From NCBI RefSeq assembly GCF_964204865.1, contig NC_135251.1:14880001-14944000 (forward strand): a DNA stretch of 64,000 nucleotides, written 5' to 3'. The notes beneath the pieces are model-generated. The model saw nothing but the letters and a program-made list of their open reading frames with translations. It had not been told where the DNA came from and did not search any database. The position numbers and the translations under genes are program-made. The DNA is from Styela clava. Lineage: Eukaryota. Each line of letters starts with the position of its first letter. The stretch's first letter is position 1. Positions 11,613 to 24,164 of this stretch are shown piece by piece.

Positions 11613-13994
11613 CTGAAAATAAATAATAGCCGTATACTATTTTTAACAGTAGTATCACCAGATTACTGTTGATTTAACAATAAATAAAACGTAGTTTTTT
11701 GCATCTGTTGGTTTAAAAGTGTGTTTATATATATATAAACTATAACTTTTGTAGGCCTACTTTGAATTTGATAATATTTTGACAAGTAGAGCCATTTTAC
11801 ATGAAATTTTTTACGTTTTTCAATTCAAACAAAACTATGTACAATTAAATGTAGCCATTTTGAGGCAAAATGCTACTATTTTTGAAACTACTTATACAAT
11901 CCGAATAATGTCCTTTCAGCTTTGCTATGTGTTTGAAAACGACTATAGAAAGTCAGTAGTGAGTAGCCTGAATGTATTAATTTGTATTGTCCACATATAC
12001 GGACAATCAATGCCTCTTCAGTGCTACACTTTCCAGCGCTGCAATCCGTACACGGGCATCTACATAATCCTTCTATCATAGTATCTCCATTCAACTTCTC
12101 TTCATTACTATTTTTCGATTGATTTCCACTTATATATACTCAGATATTACATGAATGTTCAAAACATGAAATGCCTTAATTAGTTCAGTCCAACTTAGTT
12201 TGAATAGCAGCGTAACGTAACTTGAATTATTAATATATTTGCCAAACAGCCAAGTAGAGAATTGTTCTGCCGTGTTTTTCTTTGAAATTAACCAAGTATG
12301 CGCAATGATAGTTTTACATATCTTCAACTGAAACTATTCATATGTAACTTGTCTGCAGTTTTGATTAAATTTAAATCAAATTTTTTTTAACTATCAGTAG
12401 AGGTTGCATTCAATTGAATAGAAAATTTTTAACTACTGCATATTTTTGAAATGGGTAAGGATTTACACACCAGCACAATGTATTCATTGTAGTGGTTCTC
12501 AACCTTACAATTGCCCTGGTCCCTTTGGATTTGGCTGAAAGCGGAGCCAAATTTACCATTCGGCAAGATAGGCTGAACCCCTTGTCCCATATTATTTTCG
12601 TTTGAAAAATTAAAAAATTAAATACATTCAAATAAGTGAATTCTGATTTACACTGATAAAACTTTTTACCGCGACTAGAAACGGGTATTATGACGTCGGG
12701 GTCTCATCATGCCAAGGCGTTTTATTATAGCCTTGAGTTTTTTAAAAGTGCTGTGTTTTTTCAACGTGCTATTCAATTAATCGAGCGATAAGCGTACGTA
12801 GCTTCATTTAACCTAAATTTCGCATTGCACGCAATATAAAAAATTGTTTATTTCGTATTTACATAAACATAAAATGTATATATGACGTCACAAATAATTC
12901 AATGGAGTCTTATAACGAACGTCATTTTAAAGAGGACCTCATAAATAACTTAGTTTAGAGCTTACATATGCAGAAATAAGGCGATTTCTGGTACTCGAAT
13001 TTATTAAATGTATGCGCGGCATGTCACATTGTAATTGTCACTTTGACTAGGTTTATCTTCGTTAAAACATAAAAAAAATAAAGCAAAATGGGAATTTATA
13101 TTTATTTTAAATAATGCAGTACAAATATAATATATACGATTGCTCCAAAACACATAACTAGTAGGACTGACGTCGCAAAATCATAGTTTCTGTGATTTAT
13201 GTAAAGTTTAATACTGTTGAACACAGATCCTCGGTCATTGTGCTTTTTTACTTTACTTCCCTGTGATTAATATTGTGTACAAACCGACGTAGCAATAAGA
13301 ACTACACTGGAAATGAACTTTATTTTCAATCGTCTGCTATGAGATAGATTGTGACTGCTCTTGGTTTTCAGGCATGCATTTCAATCAATATAAGTTGTTT
13401 CATGAGACCGTATACTAAAAGGGTTGAGTCAATAAAAAGCTCCATTATAAATGTCTGTTATATGAAAAACAGATTTCTTTATATGCTTAGCACTACTTGA
13501 AACAATTTGAGATTGGTTTATCACATTGCCTCAAGAAGCGGAAAAATGGTTGTGTATATTATTCACATTGATAATTTTTATTTCAAATCCCCATGTTCTT
13601 TAGGTGAATAAAACAACAAACACATATTCAAATATTTATCTGTTGAGAACTATTGGGTGTAGAACAGAATATCAACGTTTGATTCAATTACAGGTCCATT
13701 AAATCTGCAGAAATAACCAAGAACTTAATTGAAGCCCAAGAACATTTTGTTCTTTATAAACTTAAGTAAAAATTGGTAGCATCACGTTCAGTCCAACTAA
13801 CACTTTACATGTGGTATGGAAAATTTGGTAGGCTGTATACCCGAAAAGTATCAAGCACATAAAATGAGTTACTTACGTCAAGAAATATGATATAAACAAC
13901 TTGGTGCTGAGCGAGACGGTTCTACAAAGTTAGAAGAAACAGAAACTTTCAGTCAGCCTAATCCATAACATCACGAGGCCCTGTACCTGTAGAC

Positions 13995-14430
13995 CAGGGG
14001 TCGGCAAACTGCGGCCAGCGGGCCATATGCGGCCCGCGGACAAATTTTTTGCGGTCCTCGAATGACTTTTAATTCATAAAACAAAAAAATTGATTCTAAA
14101 TGCATTGTATCCACATAAATTTATGTGGTAACAAGTGCCGCTGTACGTCGTTTGTTTTATAGCAAGTAGTGTCAGTAAGTCGTTTACTGGATGGACGTCA
14201 TCGTTGGTTGTAATTATAAATTAGGTTTATTATGATTTTTAAAATTTGAAAAATGTCTGGAGAATGGAGGGAAGTTTGCGACGAGGGCCGAACATTCCAA
14301 GTGCTAATAAGGAAAAATATTTTTATTTCTCGCGCATTTCAAAACCAGTTTGCTTGGTATGCCAGGTAAGCATCGCAGTTATTAAGGTATTTAATGTTAA
14401 ACGAACGTATCATTGCAAAAACGAAATTCG
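13995..14430 (+). mobile_element. Duplicate of the truncated hAT element in unit 2
   Basis: Same terminus and KPVCLVC peptide as 9662-10100. Confidence 0.75.
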
Positions 14431-14740
14431 ACCACGAGACTCACTTGGTATTTCCATTTTTACACAAGGCTAGATTAAATAGCAATCATTTTTCACACAA
14501 CCTTCCTAGATGATATAATTCCAACCAGGCGGAGTGGAAGTACATCCTGGTATTCCTGGTACATTTATCATATTCAATATGCCGGTAACAAACTCCGTAA
14601 TCTTTTTAAATTTTGTGAAGCATTATACAGCTAAATGTAAACTAGCAGCATTTATTACAAAAGGAAAGAAAGAACAGAATATAATATTGAAGCAAACGTA
14701 TTTTTTAAAGGAAGAAGTCGAGATGTTGACAACGAAGAAA

Positions 14741-15141
14741 CGAGAATATCGGTTGGAAACCGAAGACTTATCGATCGATAGTTAGGGGATCCCCCAAAAC
14801 AGAAACTGCAGTTTCGATTCATCCGCTCTTGTAACTTGCGCACTGCGCATCGCACACACACACTCGGCGGGTTTCAAAATTCTCTCGCTTTACAAAAATC
14901 TAGATCACTATATCAATAATTGATTGATAACTCGCTAATTATACGACATAATTCGCCCAAAATCAATAGGATTCTGGTCCGAGATAAGATGAATGCACAT
15001 GCAAAATCTGGAGCAGATTCAATCCCGCTTTCGTGAGATATCGCGTGCATCTAACAGACACACACACACACAGACAGACAGACATACAGACAGACATACA
15101 AATACCTATCAATATACTTACCGATCTTAAGATCGATAAGT
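14741..15141 (-). mobile_element. HINE family 1 copy present only in duplication unit 2
   Basis: Unit 1 shows the empty site GAAGAAATCAACG; unit 2 reads GAAGAAA-CGAGAATATC...GATCGATAAGT-AATCAACG. Confidence 0.9.
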
Positions 15142-15722
15142 AATCAACGAACATTACCGTAAAGTTGATTAGCGTATCCACGCGTATGGCGTCCATAGCG
15201 TGCAGATTCTCGTACGGAAATATAGCAATCCATTCAATACAATATACAGTGGTAACAAGTCGAACTGCATCTAATGCTATGGAGTAAAACACCCAATCGG
15301 CTTCGTGCAGCCATTTTATGTCCCCTATAATCACATAAGAAAGTATTCCATAACATGGAATCAACATTCAGATTGAAACAATGCATGGTGCATCAATGAT
15401 ATCAATACTCGAATCAAGTTATAGCACCTTCACAATCAGGAACTTCCCGGCGTTCAGAATCAGCACGTGTATTCTGTCGGGTTAGATTTTGTCTTTCTTC
15501 TGTTTGTATTTTCAAGGGGCAAAGATACATTTGCCATTTTGAACCGATATTTCAGTATACCACTGAATGCAGAAAGATTGATCATACGGTAAAGCAGCGG
15601 TTCCTAACCGGACACCGGGGCTCAACAAGGGGTCCAAAGAGCAGTTTGAGGGGTGCTTCAATGCTGGGCGAAAAACTGATTTTATTTCATTTCCTCCATT
15701 TCCAAAAACCCGTGCTTCTTTG

Positions 15723-16025
15723 TTACTTATCGATTTTAATCGATAAGTATGTTGATAGATATTTGTCTGTCTGTATGTCTGTTTGTCTGTTAGATGCACG
15801 CGATATCTCACGAAAGCGAGATTGAATCTGCTCCAGATTTCGCAAGTGTATTCATCTTATCTCGGACCAGAAGCCTATTGATTTTGGGCGAATTATGTCG
15901 TATAATTAGCAAGTTATCAATCAATTAGTGATGGGACACAAGGTGTCACTATGGAGTAAGAGCGCTGTTTTGGGGATCCCTAACTTTCGATCGATAAGTC
16001 TTCGTCTCTGATCGATATTCTCGTT
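15723..16025 (+). mobile_element. HINE family 1 copy (same insertion position as 10985-11332)
   Basis: 5' TTACTTATCGAT, (TGTC)n, 3' GATCGATAAGT plus hairpin and TTCTCGTT. Confidence 0.8.
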
Positions 16026-18139
16026 TCATTGCTTGATAAGATTATTTCATCGGGTGTTTTTTGTGCATGAATAAATTGTTTGAAAATATTGGGATTTGGA
16101 ATCTACCAATCAAAATAACACTATAAATACCAGTGGAATGATAATCCGGGGACAATGAGTGCTGAAAGCGTCCAGACGGGGGACAGTTACAGTTTGATAA
16201 TTTAAAATAATAAACGGCTGTTCCATTTATACATCCAGCTGGCAACCATACCAGTTGAAACACAAATGCATGGTAAAGCAAAAAAACGTGTTAATTGTTC
16301 CCCACTGAAAATAAATAATAGCCGTATACTATTTTTAACAGTAGTATCACCAGATTACTGTTGATTTAACAATGAATAAAACGTAGTTTTTTGCATCTGT
16401 TGGTTCAAAAGTGTGTTTATATATATATAAATTATAACTTTTGTAGGCCTACTTTGAATTTGATAATATTTTGACAAGTAGAGCCATTTTACATGAAATT
16501 TTTTACGTTTTTCAATCCAAACAAAACTATGTACAATTAAATGTAGCCATTTTGAGGCAAAATGCTACTATTTTTGAAACTACTTATACAATCCTAATAT
16601 TGTCCTTTCAGCTATGCTATGTGTTTGAAATCGAGTATAGAAAGTCAGTAGTGAGTAGCCTGAATGTATTAATTTGTATTGTACACATATACGGACAATC
16701 AATGCCTCTTCAGTGCTACACTTTCCAGCGCTGCAATCCGTACACGGGCATCTACATAATCCTTCTATCATAGTATCTCCATTCAACGTCTCTTCATTAC
16801 TATTTTTCGATTGATTTCCACCTATATATATATACTCAGATTTTACATGAATGTTCTAAAATAAAATAATGCCTCAATCAGTTCAGTCCAACTTAGTATG
16901 AATAGCATCGTAACGTAACTTGAATTATTAATATATTTGCCAAACAGCCAAGTAGAGAATTGTTCTGCCGTGTTTTTCTTGAAATAAACCAAGTATGGGC
17001 AATGATAGCTTTACATATCTCCAACTGTAACTATTCATATGTAACTTGGATGCAGTTTTGATTAAATTTAAATCAAATTTTTTTTAACTATCAGTAGAGG
17101 TTGCATTTAACTGAATAGAAAATTTTTAACTACTGCATATTTTTGAAATGGGTAAGGATTTACACACCAGCACAATGTATTCATTGTAGTGGTTCTCAAC
17201 CTTACAATTGCCCTGGTCCCTTTGGATTTGGCTGAAAGCGGAGCCAAATTTACCAATCGGCAAGATAGGCTGAACCCCTTGTCCCATATTATTTTCGTTT
17301 GAAAAATTAAAAAATTAAATACATTCAAATAAGTGAATTCTGATTTACACTGATAAAACTTTTTACCGCGACTAGAAACGGGTATTATGACGTCGGGGTC
17401 TCATCATGCCAAGGCGTTTTATTATAGCCTTGAGTTTTTTAAAAGTGCTGTGTATTTTCAACGTGCTATTCAATTAATTCAATTCGAGTGATAAGCGTAC
17501 GTAGCTTCATTTAACCTAAATTTCGCATTGCACGCAATATAAAAAATTGTTTATTTCGTATTTACATAAACATAAAATGTATATATGACGTCACAAATAA
17601 TTCAATGGAGTCTTATAACGAACGTCATTTTAAAGAGGACCTCATAAATAACTTAGTTCAGAGCTTACATATGCAGCAATTAGGCGATTTCTGGTACTCG
17701 AATTTATTAAATGTATGCGCGGCATGTCACATTGTAATTGTCACTTTGACTCGGTTTATCTTCGTTAAAACATAAAAAAAAAATAAAGCAAAATTGGAAT
17801 TTGTATTTATTTTAAATAATGCAGTACAAATATAATATATACGATTGCTCCAAAACACATAACTAGTAGGACTGGCGTGGCAAAATCATAGTTTCTGTGA
17901 TTTATGTAAAGTTTAATACTGTTGAACACAGATCCTCGGTTATTGTGCTTTTTTACTTTACTTTCCTGTGATTATTATTGTGTACAAACCGACGTAGCAA
18001 TAAGAACTACACTAGAAATGAACTGTAACATGTCTTTCAATTCCAACACACGCGGCTTGTCATGTAAAGTTGTAACCAAAAATGCAACTATGCATGAACA
18101 AAAGAGAAATTTGAAGAATATCATATTCGTTTTGTGATT

Positions 18140-19940
18140 TTACACCCTGGCACTTCCATTTGCAGAAACCATTACTTCAAGTCCAACGTTATTTTCTCCA
18201 TCTCCACCTTCATTGCCGTTTTCCCCAACAGTAGGCTGCATACACGACGACTTTATTGCTATGAATGCCCTCAAGTGGTAGAAACCAAAAGACACCGCGT
18301 GTACAGCAGGTGCGCCTACTAAAATAACTGCAAAGACAACACCAGTTGAAACTCCTGGTTCTGATTTCCAGTCTAAAATACCAGCGTAAAATTCCGATTT
18401 ATCATTTGCTCCGTGCAGTATCAACGTAATCAATACGTACGTGATGCCGTATAGAGAGACGTAAACGAAATGCAAAAACCGAACCGGAACACGAGAAATA
18501 AACAGGTCTATAGTGACCAGAACTGAATTCATAACGTGCTGGTGAATATTGACAGCGTTACTAGTCACTTTGTTATCTGTAAGGAAACTCCAATACAGAA
18601 TTGTGATGATATACTGTGCTCCTGTTGAGGCTGAACTCGTCACCCATGTTAAATGGTGAAACCATCGTAGTTCGTCTGAAATAAATACATCCAGAAATAA
18701 CAAAAAAGTAGAACTTAAATTACATCAAAATGTCAGTTATACATAAGTCAAATGAAATTTTTCAAATATATTCAGTATATTTTATAATAACTCGAACCTA
18801 AAATTTCGATAATAACTTTGAATTTCCTTGGAAATAATAATAATAATTCTGCAAGATATGCAAGAGCAAACTTTTCATATGCCAATCGTGGTATTTAGTG
18901 CCATAAAAATTCAACTATACATTTCCTTTTGCACTATATAAAATATAATCACCTTTATTGCATTTGTTCCCCATACAACAATCTGGTTCAGATCTTCCAA
19001 AATAAGCATCTCTCGTTAATCCATATATTGAAACGACAAGATGAAGAAAGAAGTGAGCTACGAGAGTCCATTCTCCCCAATTTGATAGATATGCATAATA
19101 TTTAGTGTCGTATTTTATAAGATGCATAGCATTCATGATCGACCATAGTAAACAGTAAACGAAAATACATGCTCGATACGCGACGTAGACAGACTTGAAA
19201 CGAAACCACTGAAAATATAAAAATATGTTAATATGTATATATTTCTTTTTCAGTTAACTAATGATTTTGAATGTTATAATAATGTTTTATTATTTGAGCA
19301 CTGGAATTTTCTAATGGGTATATTAAGAAAGCTTGAAAGCCCCTACATAAGTGTAGATCCGTTCCAAAGTCACGTTAACTGAACCTTCAAGACGTAGACG
19401 AAGTTTGGAATTAGGCTATTAGCTGAAACATCTTTCAGTCAAAATTCAAACCGAATGGTGGTGAAGTTGATAACCTTGCGTGGTGAGACTATGAATGCGC
19501 GTTCATTCAATGTTATATTCTCAGATTCACCACACCAATTATATTCTCATCTGAAATTGTCGTCCAGGAGCCTGTGCTCCGTTTTTATACCAGATCGCTC
19601 ATAGTACCTAATTTTTCAGCTATTCATTTAACGTTTCTGAGGACTTGTAACCATAGACATCCCTATTAAAGAACTCTATCGTGATAGTCTCGAGTGGCTC
19701 ATAGTTACTGAACTTATGTGGAAAAAAATAAGGGTGCGTAACGGTACTTTGATACCCAATTATATCTTCGAATCAACTTTTAAAAAACACACATCCGTTG
19801 AACTAAAAAATTTTCAAATAAATATTCAAGTATTCTAAAAAAAAATTTGTTACCTGTGCTGAGTAGAAGTCAGTGGGTTTTGCATCGGCAAATCCAATAT
19901 GTTTACGTTGAAATTCATATGCACAAGAAGTAACAGCCAT
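18140..19940 (-). CDS. rost: Rolling stone-like multi-pass membrane protein, paralog A (292 aa)
   Basis: Exons 19940-19854, 19208-18953, 18675-18140 (879 nt, GT-AG, phases 0/1). MAVTSCAYEFQRKHIGFAD...DFYSAQ|W...YRA...YLSNW...RWFH..W...YW...HQHVMNS...DLFISRVPVRFLHF...ILDW. Confidence 0.88.
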
Positions 19941-21029
19941 TTTAATTTAAGACTAATGAAGCTTCACCATATGAGTCATTAATTAAATTTCGAGTGCTTC
20001 TACTAAATCTATTAGAAAAATAAGGTATGAACTCAAACAAAGAAGCACAAGGCTCCATTACTTCCATACGGTGTGAAAAATAATCGACTGTCCTTTGGAA
20101 CGTGTCACTTGACTAAAATTACGTCATGCCATAAATCAATAACAATTTTTGGCACAAATTTTCCAGGTCAGAAAAGAAGGGCGTGACAAACGTTTGTGCA
20201 TTTCTGCTTTGATAATAATTTTTATGGCACAGAAACTGCATATGCCAGAACACTATACGCCTATCAATACAGGCAAGCGATGTGTGAATAAATAAAAAAT
20301 TTGTAATTACTTTGTATAACAAAGTAGGTAATTGAACAACGTATAGCATAGAATTTCTGAAAGTATTACCAAAAGGTGTTTCTTCTGGTATCACATAGTT
20401 AATACTACCTCATATGAAGAAATCGTATGACATAATCTAGGCTAGAAATATTTATAATTTCCCAACAATGGTGGCGTTGGATTCACTGCATAATTTCGAA
20501 TACAACACCTGAATATATCGTTAATTACCTGTATATAATTGCAATCTACACGTCTGAAAGTCCAAAGTTGTTACGCACGTCTCATAGAAATCGTATTCTA
20601 TTCATTGTAAACACCTAATCCTTTCTAAATCTCTTCTACTGCAACCACGTTTTGGGCAGAAATTAATCGATTTAAAGTGAAAGGCATGCCGTTCGCGTCG
20701 CTCTAAAATAACTTTTATTTTGTCTGTTTCTGATATTAAATTGTTGCGTCATTCCGATTCGTGGTGACTTATCACGTTTCAAGTCAATCTTTTAATAACT
20801 CAACTAATGCATTATTTTTATCTTTTAATATTATGAAATTGAATATATTCCTTTTAGCCAAGTAGACTATTTTAAACAGATTTCAAGTTTGTAACAACAA
20901 CAGAAGACAATGACACGAGCCAATGTATGATTGCTCGCCCAGTTACACCTTGGACTGTCAGCACCGCCAACTGAATAATACCTTGGTACTGCAATATACT
21001 GCCGTTCATATACAGCCCAATATCCCGTT

Positions 21030-21130
21030 TTGAAGCAAGCCATTCAAATGCCAATTAGACAAGTAAGAATAAAAAGGATCTGCTGTTCGTACTCAGACCA
21101 AAACTGTATTTGCTATTGTTACACATTACC
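21030..21130 (-). pseudogene. Possible very old rolling-stone exon-2 relic
   Basis: Minus strand reads IANTVLV*VRTADPFYSYLSNW then a frameshifted EW, versus INTTIILVEAYPIYVAYLSNWAEW in paralog B. Same strand and inside the cluster, but the match is short. Confidence 0.35.
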
Positions 21131-22600
21131 ATCTTCAAGAAGAAACATTTTTAACAACCACATCTTTCCGCGTCAATTTTTGTGGAAGATGTATAAATTT
21201 TATCGAATCAAAATATCATTTTTTATATGCTTACTAATACCGATTTTACATTGTTTAAAAACAGTAAGTACTTTTATTGAACATTTCGCTCCTTCATTCA
21301 GAGGGCAAACTAATAGCCTGTTTGATGATTGCATTAGTTATAAGAAAAACATCGTAATTTCGCATATGAGGTTTCACAAGTAAGCATTTAAGTTACTGAT
21401 AATTCTTTACATGCTTGTTCCCCCTGATATTACAGCGTACAATAATAAAGTGTGCAACATTTTGTTTCGTGTTTTTATGTACTGCACAATATCTTTGGTA
21501 ATAAATCTAGAATGCTAAATGAACATTGATATTATTTATCTGTCTAACCCAACTCACAACCCTTCAGAAATACCCCAATGCGCGTTATCTACATCTATCT
21601 TTTGCGGCAAACTGGAATAATTTCTGTCAGACAGTATTTAAGACGCTGTCAATCGATTTCGATGCAACTTTAGTACCAGATTACTATTCTGTTCCGCCCG
21701 AGGGTTGGCTTCAGTGTGGTATTTTGTTTAGGCCATGGTCGAATAAGTGCAATTTAAGCAGTCAAAATTTTTCTGATATCCCCTTATGAGTAATTAAATA
21801 GTGCGATATTTGTTTAAGATCAAATTCGAAAGAGTGCAATTGGGTAATGACATTTTATTTTTCACAAATAAGGCTTTCTGATTAGTGTCTCAACAGTGAT
21901 TCGAAATAACGTTTTTGCAAATTTTCATTGTCGAGGTGTATTTAATTAAACGATAGTATTCAACAGAAATTAGTATTTAGCTCTTGCGACTTTTACGTCT
22001 CTTACTAAAACGTTTAGGACTAGAAAATTAGTGTACGTATCTCACTTGTACCCGAAATTTTGTATTTTGTGCAATATAAGTCTTTTCATGACATTATTAT
22101 ACATTTAGCGAAAAATCTATTATGAAGTCATAATAATTTTATGACGTCACTGAAAAGAGGGACCTCGCAAATAGCCTAGCCTAGTAGGGCCTCTCATCGT
22201 CTAAATTCGATCCTGTTCCTGCCGAATAGTCTGAACCCTAGACACTGACAGCTGGTGTTTTATTACTCCACACAATCGTATACTTCTCATTTACACCTAC
22301 TTGATAACAATTACAAAGTTTAGACCAAATAGATATTCATATATCAACAGTTGGAAAAACATTGCTCTTATCAGAGGAAGCCTTCACCACGTAGACAGTT
22401 TTAGAATTATACCAATTAATTTTAACAACCAGTGAAATATACTTTCGCGAAGAGTATTCTTAAATGTACTTTTAATTTAATAATTTTCGAACAAAATGGC
22501 AATATTCAAAATGAGAGGTTTGAACACGAGTCAAAAATCTGACATTGCGACAAGACAAAAAATTAGTGTATTCTTTTTTCCATACTCGTAGTTTTTCCAT

Positions 22601-24164
22601 TTAAACGTCCTCTTTGGGGTGTGACATCTCAAAACCAGAATTGTCCTCCCCGCTATTCTCTGAACTTGTGGAAGAACAACCACCACTTCTCGCAATGAAA
22701 GCCCGGAGATGGTAAAATCCAAAACTAACTAGATGTATAATGGGTGATCCTACAACGATCAGCCCAACACATACACCGGCACTGATACCAGGTGCACTTT
22801 CCCAGTCCAAAAGATTTGTATAGAAAGCCGATTTCACATCTGCTCCGTGTAGAATTGCGGTAAAAAGCACATACGTTAGTCCATAAAGGGACACATAAAT
22901 AAAATGAAATAAGCGAATTGGAATTCGTGAAATGAAAATATCTAAAATCATTAACACGGAATTCATTATGTGTTGGTGTACGTTTGCGGGCACAGAGGCT
23001 ACACTTATGCCAGATAAAAATGCCCAGTAGATAATGGTTACAATGAAGTTGACACCAGCTGTTGCCGTAAGTACAACCCAAGTTAAATGATGAAACCAAC
23101 GAACATCACCTGTAAAAGTAAATAATCGATATTTGTCCGCTTGTACATACTAGATATGAAGGCTACTGTGGCTGTGGTTGTTTCAAATACATTGATCCAA
23201 CAATTGCTCTAGGTCTACATCTATAATCATAACCGACTTGATTCGGGCCATCCAAATGAGTATAAGACAATAGTGAACGTGTTTCAGCCGCTTAGTTGTG
23301 TATACCAATTGTCTAGTCTATAGTATTATAATGATACATTCATTTACATGCTTGTATTTGAGTCTGTGAGGTGTGTGCAAAAACAGTTCAAATGGGCATA
23401 GTCTACCTAATCATGCATGACTTGGAATTTTCCGTTTTGTGGTAAACTATCCATATAATTTTTATGTTTTGGAGCTTATAAATGAAGTTGACCTCGTCAA
23501 ACTTACCATTGTTGCATTGGTTTCCTGGGCAGCATCCAACTTCAGTTGACGTCGAGTCTCTTGATTGTGAGAACAAACCATAGATTGCCACTAGAAGAGC
23601 AAGAAGAAAATGTACAACTAGTGTCCATTCCGCCCAGTTAGACAAATACGCAACGTAGATTGGGTATGCTTCTACAAGAATAATTGTTGTATTGATCGAC
23701 CAAATCAGACAGTAGAGAAACATGAAGGCACGATACAGAACGAACAGAATTTTAGAGTTGAACCACTGTAAAAGAAAATATTACTATTATATCTTTCATT
23801 GAAAAATTTTCGAGTTTAAAAAGCATTAACTTTGATAATGTATAATGTTGAAAAGTAAAAGCTTTTAGATAAAGCTCGTAAAATAAAATCATTTTCCATT
23901 GTTCTTGAAATTCTTTAACATGAACTGCAAAAGCGTTCAAATAGCAGTATGCATAAGCAGGATACTGGAATGTGTAAATTAATTTGAATAACGTAATATA
24001 GAAGTAGCTTACAATAAAAATTTAAAGCAATGCAATAGCACAAAGGAAAAATTTGGCAATTCGTTATACTGTATACTTACTTGTGAAACATAGAAATCCG
24101 ACGCAGAAGCATCTGCAAACGCAAAATGTTTGAGTTGAAATTCGTAACCACAGCTTGTGGCCAT
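22601..24164 (-). CDS. rost: Rolling stone-like multi-pass membrane protein, paralog B (283 aa)
   Basis: Exons 24164-24081, 23765-23507, 23109-22601 (852 nt); same intron positions and phases as paralog A; YLSNW, HQHIMNS, DIFISRIPIRLFHF, LLDW. Confidence 0.88.

Larger units (their letters stand above)
8985..13319. repeat. Tandem segmental duplication, unit 1 (~4.33 kb)
   Basis: Begins TTATTTTTAATCGTCTGCTATGAGATAG and ends ACTACACTGGAAATGAACT; colinear and nearly identical to 13320-18024. Confidence 0.95.
14506..16304 (-). pseudogene. Decayed rolling-stone paralog, copy 2, additionally disrupted by a HINE insertion in exon 3
   Basis: Duplicate of 10168-11612; exon-3 relic starts at 15324, exon-2 relic at 16304; element inserted at 14741-15141. 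Confidence 0.75.
13320..18024. repeat. Tandem segmental duplication, unit 2 (~4.70 kb; carries an extra ~400-bp element)
   Basis: Begins TTATTTTCAATCGTCTGCTATGAGATAG and ends ACTACACTAGAAATGAACT; differs from unit 1 by scattered SNPs and indels. Confidence 0.95.
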
